A stretch of DNA of 63,831 bases, filler included, from Folioceros fuciformis (Eukaryota), in NCBI GenBank assembly GCA_049999805.1. It is 6 parts of 6 records of this genome, joined end to end, with 100 filler letters (N's around TTAATTAATTAA, not from the genome) between each part and the next. Parts side by side here need not be neighbours in the genome. Positions count along the whole stretch, not along the records: positions 33,336 to 42,629 come from JBNGIO010004126.1; positions 42,730 to 56,424 come from JBNGIO010004127.1; 4 more parts are not named here. One strand, 5' to 3'. How positions within the stretch are numbered: position 1 is the first letter of the stretch; each line of letters starts with the position of its first letter. The position numbers and the translations under genes were made by a program. Positions 36,908 to 48,829 of this stretch are shown one piece after another. The notes beneath the pieces were generated by a model. That model was not told the origin of the DNA, searched no databases, and saw only the letters and a program-made list of their open reading frames with translations.

Positions 36908-38122
36908 ATGAAGAAGGTTGGGAAGGTCAGGCAGGTAATCTGGAGTGCGGCTCCTGCATTGATCGATAAGAATGCCACGTGCGATGATGACAGGAAGCTC
37001 GCATTCTCCTCCTGGGCCTTGATAATGCTGGCAAAACAAGCATACTCAAGAAGCTATCGGATGAGGATATCACCACCACGGTGCCCACAAAGGTAAAAGA
37101 TTACTCACAGCCCTGCATTCTCGCATATAAGCTGGGGACGATTTGGAGTTTTATGGCTGCATGATGCTTCAAAGTGTGCTCTGAAAGTGATGTAGGGGTT
37201 CAACATCAAGACACTGATACATGAAGGCTTCAAGCTCAATGTATGGGATATTGGGGGTGAATTAATCCTGCCCTACCTAGAGTGCAATTGGTTGACATGA
37301 CTAGATATCAGCCTTTCCATCCAGGCCTAACCTTCTACTACTTTCACTGGGTTGTAGGCCAAAGAGCAATCAGACCGTATTGGAGAAACTACTTTGAGAC
37401 AACAGACGCTTTGGTATAGCAGACATAACTGAACACAAAATTTGAAATAGACGTAGAGGTCATGGGAAATCGGGAAGAGTCTTGATACGAGCTTTCTATC
37501 TGGGTCCACAGATTTACGTGGTAGACACTGCTGATGAGCGTCGACTTGACGAAAGTGGTGGGTAGGCTCTCCCAGTTCATCGTGGATAGCGATCTAACCA
37601 ATTGGCCACAGAATCAGCAATGATGGTAGCTTCTCGCCTTTAGGTGGCGAACTGGAGCTGCTTTTGGACGAGGAAAAGCTTAGAGGGGTCCCAGTTTTAG
37701 TGTTCGCCAACAAGCAAGACTCAACGCTTGCGATGCCACCGGATGCGGTATGCTAAGCACACAACCGTCAACTGCGATGCACATTCGTGTCAACGGAAGC
37801 TACCCACCATTCTTCACAATGCAGGTCGCCAATGGCATGAATCTTGTCATGATCAGGGATCGGGCCTGGCAGATGCAAGGTTGCTCAGGTAAGCGCTTCC
37901 TGACCGGAGCATAGCAGTGCATTTTAATAGCAAGCTTAAGTTTTGAGAGGGACGGTTTTTGAGCTAGTTGGTCGCTTCACACCTGTCTATCTGCGGCATG
38001 CTATCGCAGCAAAAACAGGAGCAGGACTGCAGGAAGGCATGGAATGGGTTTTACAGATGGTAAACCCCCCTAATCGGAAATGCAAACCTTGTAATGAATT
38101 GAGTGCCACCACGTCATGTTAG
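36908..38122 (+). CDS. ARL3: ADP-ribosylation factor-like GTPase 3; N-terminal exon(s) uncertain, may start at ~36660
   Basis: [70 protein letters not shown]..|[36 protein letters not shown]. Confidence 0.85.
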
Positions 38123-38429
38123 TCTCAAGGATTTCCTCCTCTACAAAACCCATAGCGGTTAATTGCCTTCGAGTTGCTACAAATCCAAGGCTCCAAGGTG
38201 TTCCAATTTGTTCTAGAAGACCTCAACACCTGGATAATCTGCGTATGTACAAAAGAAGAAAAAGACAAGAACGAACAGGACGTTCTGTTGGAAGAGGACA
38301 GCCTCGTCAAATCTCAATGTGGCGCTTCTCAGCGTCTGTAGCCTGGGCACATGAAAGCACGAGCTCCTGCAAGATATCGTTGTTTTGAGTTCAAATTGGG
38401 GTGATCAAATCGGCTGGTCCATCTGTCGC

Positions 38430-39318
38430 CTACGCAGCATTGTTGTCCTTGTGTTGTACAACCCCGGTCTCCACAAGATGTGGAACTTCGGCCGCTAGCC
38501 AAGGCCCTAGACCCAGACACAAGCCGTGTGCTATCCCAAACTTGGGGCTAAACAAACCACACATGAAAGAAATACGTCAGAACATGAGGAAGACATGAGG
38601 AAGCAGACGATGAACATGCTGATTTGAATTTGATGAACATGCTGGGTTCCGAAGATCATACCAGTTCCTGGCCCACAAGGGCTTGAAATGCACCGTAAGA
38701 CATATCTTTCCTCCTCTGTACATCTGCACATCAACGGGTCTCATGCGTGAAACCCTGCAAAGCCCACAAAGCAAGCACTACAGTCAGTGGGGAGTACCTT
38801 GGCCGTCTTCCCATCCAGCTCAGGCAACTCGATCTCCGGTGCAGTAGCTGGGTATGTCACCGGTATGTCGAACTGTAGGTCGAACTCGTACTTGAGCAGG
38901 TTGTGGATGTACCAGCACTTGCCCTTCCACTTGGTGCCTTCGGGATTGGCCGCGGCTATCCTGAACCAGTCATTGTCATTGGCCTTGTTCATCTCCATGT
39001 ATTTGATTAGAGCCTGTTTGAAGCAACAAAGCAGCAAGCTGGATGAAAGGAAAAAAAGCAAGCACGAGGAAGTCAAGAATTTGGAGAGCAAAGGTGCATC
39101 ACACACAAGGTCAGGAAGCATAAGGAGGGTATGAAGCAAAGCTGGATCACAGGACTCTGGACATTCGGGAAGGCTGGCCAGCAGCCCGTTTGATAACCCA
39201 CCTGGTACTCCTCCTTGAGACGTTGTGTCCAGAGAGCTCCATCCCGGGGCCCGGCCCTGGTGGCCAGTAACGGGATCTTAGTCACGGTGGATTTGGTGCC
39301 GCTGTCCCAGCTATCCAT
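38430..39318 (-). CDS. UFC1: UFM1-conjugating enzyme 1, 4 exons
   Basis: [110 protein letters not shown]. Confidence 0.97.
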
Positions 39319-39506
39319 GCTGGTGACGATGCCTTGGCGCTCACAGATCCCACACCTGCAGCTGCTAACCAACGCGCTTGCGTTTCTCGTAAACGGGCTT
39401 CGGCAAGGAAAGCCTGTCCGGACCGGACCGGACAGAGGGCCGAGTGATGTAAAATGTAAGCACAAGTGAGAAATCGAAGACTAACAAGTGCTGGGTCGCC
39501 CGCTAC

Positions 39507-41106
39507 ATGGGATGCAGATCGAGGCTCGGGATTTGTTCCAGCGAGTTCTCCGGTTTGGAGGCCCACGACCCCCCAATCCAGATGCTACTGGGCAGAAGAG
39601 GAGTTGCCACAGCCGGGACCGGGTGGCTGAATTTGGTTGGTGGTGTCTCGGTTGCTGCTTGCTCCAAGCAGTCGATGCGCACAAGAGCGGCTGCCCCAGG
39701 CACTGTCGAGTACAAGGAGAAGGGGAGCCAGACGAGGGCGGCCAGGAAGGCTTCTAACATTCTGGAAAGGCTTGACCGAGCTCACGAAACAGAGAGGAGG
39801 GAGATCTTCCGGACCTCCACCCGCTTGTATCCAGCCACCCTTCTGTCGGCTCTGGAGGAAGCAGTCCGGAAGCAACAGTTGGAGTTGGCCCTCAAGGTTT
39901 GTTGCCTCTGTTTTCCTTCCTGGGCAGCAGCAGCAGCTGTAGAGGTGTGAGGTTGACTGCTGACGGATGCTGATGCTTTCGTGTTTGGAGCAGATCTTCG
40001 AGTTGGTGAGAAGGCAGGAATGGTACGAGTCGGAGGGTGCCACATTTGTGAGGTTGATGGGGATGTTGGGGAAGTGCAGGCGTCCGGACCTTGCTCCAGT
40101 GCTGCTACAGAAGATGGTTGAGGACAAGTGCCCTCCCAGCGTGGAGGTGTACACGGCCCTGGTATCGGTGTACACCAGGTGCGATCTGCTGGACAAGGCG
40201 TTGGTGGTGTACGAGGACATGAAGAATGAGGCAGGGTGCGAGCCGGACGTGTGGACTTACAGTCTCCTCATCGGGGCATGCTGCGAGTCGTCCATGTTCG
40301 ACAGGGCTCAGGAGCTTCTCGGCGAGATGGAGCAGTATGGGCTCCAGCCCAACACTGTGACGTACAACACCCTCATCAACCAGTACGGGAAGCTGGGAAT
40401 GTTTTCGCACATGGAGCAAGTGTTCGAGGACATGGAGAGGAAGGGCCAGTGCCCACCTGACATATGGACGTGGAACTCCATCCTCAAGTCGTATGGCATC
40501 AAGGGAAGGACGGACAAGATGGAGTCCTGGTTCAACAAGCTCTGCAGCTCGGGGATGGAACCCGACGTCGTCACCTTCAACACCCTCATCAAGGCGTACG
40601 GACGACATGGGCTGTATGGCAAAATGCAGGCTGTGGTTGCCTACATGCACAAGTTCATGTACCCCGTGGATGTGGTGACCTACAACCTGGTGATCGATGC
40701 TTACGGCAAGGCCGGCAGGCTGGAGCAGATGGAGGAGGTTTTCAAGCGAATGAAGCTTCGGGGAGTGAAGCCCAATCAGGTGACGTACTGCACCCTGATC
40801 AGCGTGTACGGGAAGCTGCCCGAGGGTGTGGAGATGGTGGAGAGGGTGTTGAGGCAGATCAGAAATTCGGATGTCACACCGGATGTCGCCCTCTACAACT
40901 CTCTCATCGACGCATACCAGAGATTCGGAGACCTGGTGGCTATGGAGGACATTTTTAAGGAGATGAAGAGAAGCCGGTGCTGGCCTGACTCCATCACCTA
41001 CCAAATCATGATCGCTGCCTACCGAAGGAAAATGCGACACGACATCGCAGATGAATTGCAAGCCGAGATGGAAACGCACAACAAGAGAGCGTCTCAATTC
41101 TTGTAG
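39507..41106 (+). CDS. P-class pentatricopeptide repeat protein (At3g53170-like), probably organelle-targeted, one intron at ~39897-39993
   Basis: About 10 tandem 35-aa P repeats (PDVWTYSLLI, PNTVTYNTLI, PDVVTFNTLI and so on) preceded by LLSALEEAV..ALK|IFELVRRQEWY. Confidence 0.93.
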
Positions 41107-42097
41107 AGACCCCGATTTGCTCACATGGCTCCACAGAAGAAGCCCTCAACCTCTTCTGGGCCCTTGTGGCCCAAATTGCCTCCTGCTGCTCCTCCTCCTC
41201 CCAGATGTCCTCTTCGTTGGTATGTTTTTCTAATGCTCCTCTGCCAGGATATGCTGCTTTCTCAGTGTGGTCTTGTGAATTAGTCGTTTTCCAGTAATCT
41301 GAGGAAGCTCTGGAAACGGAGAGCCCTCATCCTGTGGAAGGCGGGTGCGTGCTAGAAGCATCCAGAATCAAGGCTCTGCAGAGCACACATTGGACGGCTT
41401 ATCCACGGAAAGGAAGATGGTGGAAAGGGCGACGTGACTGAACCACTTTGATTCCATAAAGTTGGTGCAGACTCACCGTGTTTCCTGTTCGAACATGACC
41501 ATTTAGTTGTCTGTCCCGTGATGTAACGCAGGGACGGACGGAGATCGAATCCCTCTGTCGCCGGTTGGTCAAATTGATTAAAGGTCACGTATTTTATTCA
41601 AGGGACCAAGAAAAGGGATGATCGAAGAAGGACATCAAACCTAGGGGGGACTAAAACCCACGTGGGCCAGGAATAGCGGTAAAGGTCTTTGCAAGAGCCA
41701 GAGCAAGAGCCGTGTCCAGTTTGCATGTAACAGTATGTATATTTCTCTCCAACGAGAAAAGTGGCATAATGTAATCGGGTCATGGCTACAAGGGAAAGGG
41801 AGAGCCTGAAAGGAACGGGCAAGCCATGTACAGTGCAGTACAGTACATGTATTTGGGAAAAGAAAAGAAATGGTTTCCATTAGGTGTGGCTGCTGGAGAA
41901 GTAATCACTTCCGTACATGCAAATGGTTGTGCCCAAAGGGGTAGACTGGGAAAAATACCATTTGTGCATGGGCCTAGGACGGTGGTGCGTGCGGCTTAGT
42001 AGAGCCTGTGGAGTTGAATTTGGTGCGCAGAGTTGTGTGGAATTCATGGTCAAGCATCGCACTCCCAGCCAAGGTTTGATGCAGCCACCAGCGGCTC

Positions 42098-42629
42098 ATG
42101 GGGACGCTCTCGCAATGGACTATGAAGCGCATCTGCAAGTTCTTCATGAAGCGCCTGCTTGGCACGGTGCTGCGAGCCGAGCTCGACTTGGAGCAGCTCG
42201 AAGTTCAGCTTGGCTCAGGGAGGATTCAACTCCGGGATTTGGCTCTCAATACGGACTACATCAACGAGCAGGTGCCACCGCTGCGGCCCTTGTGTGTTCA
42301 TGTCTGCCCTGTGCTGCAGCGCCTGTCCTGGCCTGCCCTGCTTGCTGCCTCCTGCCCTGCTTGCTGCTGCTGCCATGCTGACATGTTAGGGTTCGGGATT
42401 GCCGCGCAGCTGGGAAATTCAGCGGTCATACTCAGTGACGGATCCGTGGGCAGCGTCAGTGCCAAAATTCCATGGAATCCGCTGGGAGCGGAGGCGGTGG
42501 AGATCGAGGTGGATGAATTGGAGCTGGTTTTCATTCCCAGGCCGTGCGCGCAAACCGACACGGATGCATCTGGATTCGTTGGGAATGACGGCAGGGATGG
42601 GGATGGGACGCGGCAGCAGCACGCACCTG
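42098..42629 (+). CDS. ATG2: Autophagy-related protein 2, N-terminal chorein region, truncated by the scaffold end
   Basis: WTMKRICKFFMKRLLG..LDLEQLEVQLGSGRIQLRDLALNTDYINEQ|LG..DGSVGSVSAKIPW..IEVDELELV. Confidence 0.88.
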
Positions 42630-42729
42630 NNNNNNNNNNNNNNNNNNNNNNNNNNNNNNNNNNNNNNNNNNNNTTAATTAATTAANNNNNNNNNNNNNNN
42701 NNNNNNNNNNNNNNNNNNNNNNNNNNNNN
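42630..42729. other. Artificial scaffold spacer
   Basis: 44 N + ttaattaattaa + 44 N. Confidence 0.97.
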
Positions 42730-45700
42730 CACCTTGTCCTATTTGTAGACGTCGTCCTCTCTTCTCTTGTCGTCGTTAATTAGATCCAATACTTTGTAGA
42801 GATTAAACTTCCAAGCCATCATCATGTGCATGCCGACCACCTTGGCAACAAGCAATTCATCTTTGAGATATCTACCCTATTCAATGAAAGACATATTTCT
42901 CTTATTGTCGATCGAACATCATGTTGTGATATGTTACTAAGACACTTATTTCCTGACATGCGCCTTCTACAGTTGACATGCGCCTTCCTTCATGTACGCT
43001 TTTTCCCTGGGCCTATGTCTAGGAGATGTTTCATGGCTGCTACCAAGCACTTCAATCACATACTTCTTTGCTCAAAATCTTTCCTTGTCCAACTTCTCTA
43101 ATGTGGCACACTATGCAAGGTCGATCATACATAGCAAAGGCAATGTACCTTCCTCCACCCTTCCTTTTGCAATTACTGGTGTAAGGTAATTTGTCCAAGC
43201 CTCATCCACCTTTCTCATGTGAGTGTAAGGAGTGAGGTGTGATTGCTCATACTTGTCATTAAGACACAAGTCCTGTTTTTCGAAGGGAACTAGCGTTAAG
43301 GGATCCATGTGCGCGTCCCAAGTAACAAGGGAGGGATCCTATTTAGAGAGTTCTTAATTTGAGAGGGCTGGGCCGGCTCCGCGCCTCTTGAGATTCGGAC
43401 AAACCAATCTTACGTGGGACATATTAGTAAAGACGTGCAAGTGGGAGGGGAAACAAATGTATGCATGCATATACAGAGGACAGGGCAGATAGCATCTGCC
43501 CGCGTACGTGCAGCTAGTGGATGCTCTCACTGGTGGCGTGAGGTGCAGCCTGCCTCTACTTGTGGTCACCATGTGTGGAGTTACGAATCACGTGTCACAC
43601 ACGTTTTGCTTACGCCGTATGAATCCAATTTCCAGATTCCTCGATGCTTTATCTTCATAAAGTATAGTAGATCCAGATGGGATGGGAATTCCATATCCAA
43701 TCCTATAAGCTGCGTTTGCTGTTGGGGATTTCACTCCACACGTAGTACTTACATTACTCTTTCACAGAACACGCGTTGCCCGCCGCAACAAGTGGTTGCA
43801 ACGGCAGCCTGGTGTTGGCGCCCTCCACTCTCTTTCGTTCTTCAGCGGGCTGGAAGGTACACCCAGCTTGCGCTGAAGAGTAGACGGCTGTCAGCCAAGT
43901 GGGACTCAAAACGGAGCCTGGCTGCCTCCAGTTTCGCCACGCTGTCAAGGTTGCTGTGCTGGAAAATAGCCGGGCTAGCAGCGACGAGGGCGGGGTATTC
44001 AGCTGAGAGAACACGGTGGACACGGTGAAAACAATAAACAAACCGGCAATTCCAGATGAGGTCAGGTGGTGGAGGCCTCGAAATTGCGTATTAACCGCGT
44101 GTTCATCGATCGTGAACGGACAATCATTTCTGGAATTTCGACACCGAAATGTGACTGTAAATTTCCTCTGGTCTCTCATCCTTGTTCCGGTGGGGAAGGT
44201 GAATACAATCACTGGCATGCACCACCAACTAACGCCTTACAAAGGCGGTGTCTGGTGGCAGAATTGAAACAAAGAACGAGCTTCCACTACCTGTAGCTTG
44301 CAACTAAAGTAGTCCCTTCCGAACACTGGCAAACGGCGTGTTTCTTTTTACACACTTCCGCATCGAAAAAGAGAATCACTTCTCTACATGTCTCAACAGG
44401 AGCTAGGTGGTTAGCTAGCGCGACCCGGACTGGTTTGACAAGATGCCAAATCCAGAACGAACCTGTATGATACGACTGCGAGCACTGGCCGACTGCGGTG
44501 GATTGCAAAACACAATCACCTCCATAACCGGCTCCAGTGTCACAACTAGGCAGGCAAAAACACAACCTCCAGTGCGCAGTTCCTGCGGCACTGCTATAGA
44601 AATACAAGTAGAAAGACGGTTCTCATGTCTCAACGCATCTTCGCATCAGGAAAAAAAAAGAGGCAACATAAATTTACACTCCATCCGACGGGGGTGAAGA
44701 GCGCAACGCCAGCCTCCGTCCTGACCCGCTTGCCCTCTCCTGGCCCAGGGCCCGAGGCTTGGAGAGCTCACGCGCATGATATGGCCTCTGGCGATTGCAG
44801 GCCGGCAGGAATCTGAATCACCGTCATGATCAGGAGCAACGAATCCGAACCAGACTTCAGTCCATCATCGCATCCAGGCCAGGCCAGGCAAGGCGAGGCA
44901 AGGCCAGCTCTCAGCCCCGCCATCCTCCTCTCCGAGGCACTTCCATCCTTCGATCAGCTTCCAAAATTTGCGACTGCATCAGCGCAGACTCAGTACCGCA
45001 TCCCAACATAGTAGATCAGATTCTCAGATCCGGCATCCGGAGGCGACGCAATTTCTTCCAAGAACCTGGAGGTGACGGAGCTGAACTTGCAAGCAGACTC
45101 CATGATGGAGGCCACCACCTTCGCGAGCGCGCGGAAGACGGCAACAGTGAGCGCCGGGCTGAACATGGTGCAGGCGGAGAGAAGAGTGACCGCGCCTAAT
45201 TGACAACGGCGGACGAGACTCGGCGGCCTCTGGCGCGGAGCTCAGCTGGTGCCCGCCCTCACGGCGCAGCGTGCATACGCCCGAAACGGCATCCGCAAAC
45301 GACACCCCGTTCGAGTCAAGTATTTATGGTAACGGCAGAGAAACAAGAGCTGTTGTCGAAGGGTCGGTGAAAATCGAAGCAGACACGATTTCATTTTCAC
45401 CGATCCAATCTAGTGATATAATATATAATTCTGGACAAATCTCAGGAGGATTTTTCTCGTTACTCGTTTTCTACTAGGCCACTTACAGCCTCCTGAGGAA
45501 CGATTCAGGGTGAAAAATACGGTGGACTTGTGGACGGCGTCGCGTCCGCACTTGGTGGGGGGCCTGGAAATTAGAATTCAATATTAAACGTCATGCCCAA
45601 AAATTAGCCACGTCGCGCGGACGTAAGGCAGCGCCGACTTGCGTGAAACTGGGTAAATGGGCTTCTGACTCTTTTTGGTTTTTCGCAGCTACTTGTCATG

Positions 45701-46280
45701 GATAAGAGGCCCAGAACTCGGCGTACATGCCGGAATGTCATGAGTGGCCACGCACAGCTTTCTCCGCTACCAGACAAGAATGCTTTCCACTCTGGAAGGC
45801 TTCCCGTGCCGAGCCCATTGTCTGCCAGGACGTTCTGATTGCACTTGTCAAGTAAATCCCGCCTAGTCGAGGATTTCCTGCACAAGGTGATGAAGCAGCA
45901 GAGGAGACGAACCCAGGTACAAACAGTCGGGCGCACATGACAAGGAAACATGTCAGTCGGGCAAGCCCACAACATGTGGTAGCATTCTCAAATCTGTACA
46001 ATCACGGTGCTCTGACATTCCAAGAGGTCGCGAACAACAGTGTGGCCTACACAACAGGATTCACTGACACTCTCCTTTATCTTACTTTCAATTTTTTTTG
46101 TCCCATTGAACAAGCCGGTGGGTGAGTATTATAAAGAATGTTGAAGTAGTAGATGCCTGGTGCCGAGGGGTCACCACGCACAGCTTCTACTCCGTGTAGG
46201 GAATTATCTAGAGATTCCAGGGGAAAAAACAGGCGGGAAACAATGAAGATGACAGCAGTATGACCGTTAAGGCTTGGGTG

Positions 46281-47684
46281 TTAGGCAGGAACTCCGAAAC
46301 TGAGTCGAGTCCATTGAGTAGGATCCATCACCAGACACGGGTCCGACTTGATGAGATCCCCGACCTGGGCAAAGTAAAACCAGCATGATATCATCAGCTT
46401 CATCCACAATCTGAAAGACGGATGGAAGGTCACACAAAATTTGACATGGGGACTGTCTTACCTTTTGGCCACAGTTGGGGCAGTAGTGATACTTGTGCCA
46501 CAGGCAATTGCAATCAGGAAAGAGAAAGCAAATGCCGATACAGCAAGCCATCATGCAAGCCAGGTATGTTGCCACACTGCGCTCTGCCCTGCACAATCAT
46601 GGGCACAGTGTGATTGCAAGCGTCACACAAACTGCGACGTCTCACCCCACATCAGAAAGATGCCAAATCCCACAACAAATTGCGCATTTACAAACGTGGA
46701 GCAAAAGTGACTTCTGAAATACGAGAAAGACAAACGATAGCAGGAGAGAGACAGCACCGAACCCTCACCTCACAGTTGTGAGACCAGGCCTGCCACAATG
46801 TAGACACTCAAATGGTGCCGGAGTGTCCCCGTAGAATGTGTTACGCAGATGCAGGCCATCCACATGGGTATATACTGCGTTAGGTGGAATATGTCCCGCT
46901 TGGTAGGGGTCTCGAACCATAGGAGCCATGGCAGGTGTGTGAAATACATACGGCGAACCAGGAGCGGCAGGAGCAGGGGAACCCGGGTGATGGAAGGCGG
47001 CACCTTGGGGTCCGTATCCAGGATTTTGAGGGGCATAGGCCCCAACATTCGGTGCAGCATAGCTTCCGGGATCCTGCGGAGCATAGCCACCTGCATTCGG
47101 AGGGGCATAAACATCTGCAGTCTGAGGGGGATAACCACCAGCAGTCTGAGGGGGATAGCCACCACCAGTCTGAGGGGGNNNNNNNNNNNNNNNNNNNNNN
47201 NNNNNNNNNNNNNNNNNNNNNNNNNNNNNNNNNNNNNNNNNNNNNNNNNNNNNNNNNNNNNNNNNNNNNNNNNNNNNNGAGGGGGATAGCCACCACCAGT
47301 CTGAGGGGGATAGCCACCACCAGTCTGGAGGGGATAGCCACCACCAGTCTGAGGGGGATAGCCACCACCATTCTGAGGGGGATAGCCACCACCAGTCTGA
47401 GGTGGATAGCCACTAGCAGCCTGAGGTGCATAGCCACCAGCAGCCTGAGGTGCATAGCCACCAGCAGCCTGAGTGGGATAACCATCGGCATCTTCAGGAC
47501 CATAGCTCCCTAGCCCCTGCGGCTGAGAGTCACCTGCATCCTGAGGAGCGTACCCAGCATCCTGTGGAGCGTACCCAGCATCCTGAGGGCCGAAGCCTGG
47601 AGAATCGTTCGAGGGTGGATACCCAGTCGGAGGTCGCGAAAATCCATATGGCACCCCGACAGCCGGATCATTTCCTGTGCCCAT
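46281..47684 (-). CDS. GILP: LITAF-domain protein (GILP-like) with expanded Gly/Tyr/Pro/Gln N-terminal repeat; spans a 100-N gap
   Basis: DPAVGVPY..PPNAVY..LRNTFYGDTPAPFECLHCG..GLTTVR|..CFLFPDCNCLWHKYHYCPNCGQK|VGDLIKSDPCLVMDPTQWTRLSFGVPA*. Confidence 0.9.
47030..47600 (-). repeat. Coding 24-bp (and 21-bp) tandem repeats encoding PQTGGGYP / PQAAGGYA / PQDAGYA
   Basis: ctgagggggatagccaccaccagt units on both sides of the gap. Confidence 0.9.
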
Positions 47685-48829
47685 GCTCGTTTTTTACCTG
47701 CACCATATCATCCAACCACCATATGTTACCCTTCCGGCACACTCAAGAACCCTAAATGAAACACCAACCCCAACCATCTGCTCCCCAACTGAAGAATGCA
47801 CGCGCCGCCTAGCCCCAGCTGCAAATTACATCTGCCACACTAAACGAACCCAACTCATCCCAACAGAACACCAAGAGCTCTCACCAGCAACACCTTGGCT
47901 AATCTCCAACAGCTGAACAGCACACGATCGCGAGTCACCTATCCAATTCAACAGCGATACCCTTCCAAAATCCAAAACTTCCCCTTCCGCCTTCAGACAA
48001 ACACAGAAAACCCCGCCGCAGATAGACGCTGCCGGCCCAAATCGCTGCCGTTCCAGATCAGACGTACGCCACAGGCGCTAGAGACGACGCGAGCCAGCTT
48101 GGACCAGGTCAAGCTAACCGACTTCGTCAGCCGGGAAGGATCACGAGCCTTCCCGAGGAGACTGGGACTCCGGGTGGGTCCACTGAGGGCGGCCACACCA
48201 TAACGAGTAAGTGAATGAATCGGAGCGTTAGCTTCGTCCGAATAAGTATGTGTACTGTGCTGTAGTGTACGTACCTATCTTACGGGAGCTAGCTAACTCG
48301 AAAAGCTAGCTAAGGATGTAGAAGCTAAGTGACAGCGTAGGCGTGTGGGGACGAGATGATGCTTGGGGCAAGTGCATCGCCGGTACCAGAGCGACGCGTA
48401 ACCTAACTTGTTTGATGCTGTTGCGGCGGTCAGGGTCCGGGTTTCTGACATACCGGGGCCGCGTGGCATCACACATGGCGGCGGGGCCATGGGCGGTGCA
48501 GCTGGCGCGACACGTGCCTTCTCCTCAGCTCGCTCTTTGCTGGTTAGCCAAGGCACGGAGCGGGAGAGCAGGAAGTAGAAATGGGAGCCCGGATGATGCG
48601 AGGTCCAGGAAAATCGGCCCATTCAGAACACGGGCTTCCTGCAGTTGCAGCCGCATCCTCTGCTGCTATTCTGGTGTCCCAGGCAGGCGGGCTTGAACTG
48701 AAGTGATGTCGTGAGTGTCGCGAACTGAGCCCGGTACTGCGCAGGCATTTTATTCGGTGCTCCGCCGTGAAGGACCACGGAGGTGGAGGTGGAGCCGGTG
48801 ATTGATTCCACGCCGAAGGAGCAGCAGCC

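Noticed and set aside
40105-41124. 339-aa antisense ORF (also antisense ORFs over PLATZ, chitinase, SUT and the PLS-PPR)
   Set aside because: Shadow ORFs caused by GC-rich codon bias of the real sense genes
35169-42629. BORCS6-ARL3-UFC1-ATG2 as a functional trafficking/autophagy cluster
   Set aside because: Adjacency is expected by chance in a gene-dense genome, and there is no evidence of co-regulation from sequence alone
42730-43310. Stop-interrupted minus-strand protein-like text (..YVIEVLGSSH..)
   Set aside because: Likely a decayed TE or gene fragment; I cannot assign a family
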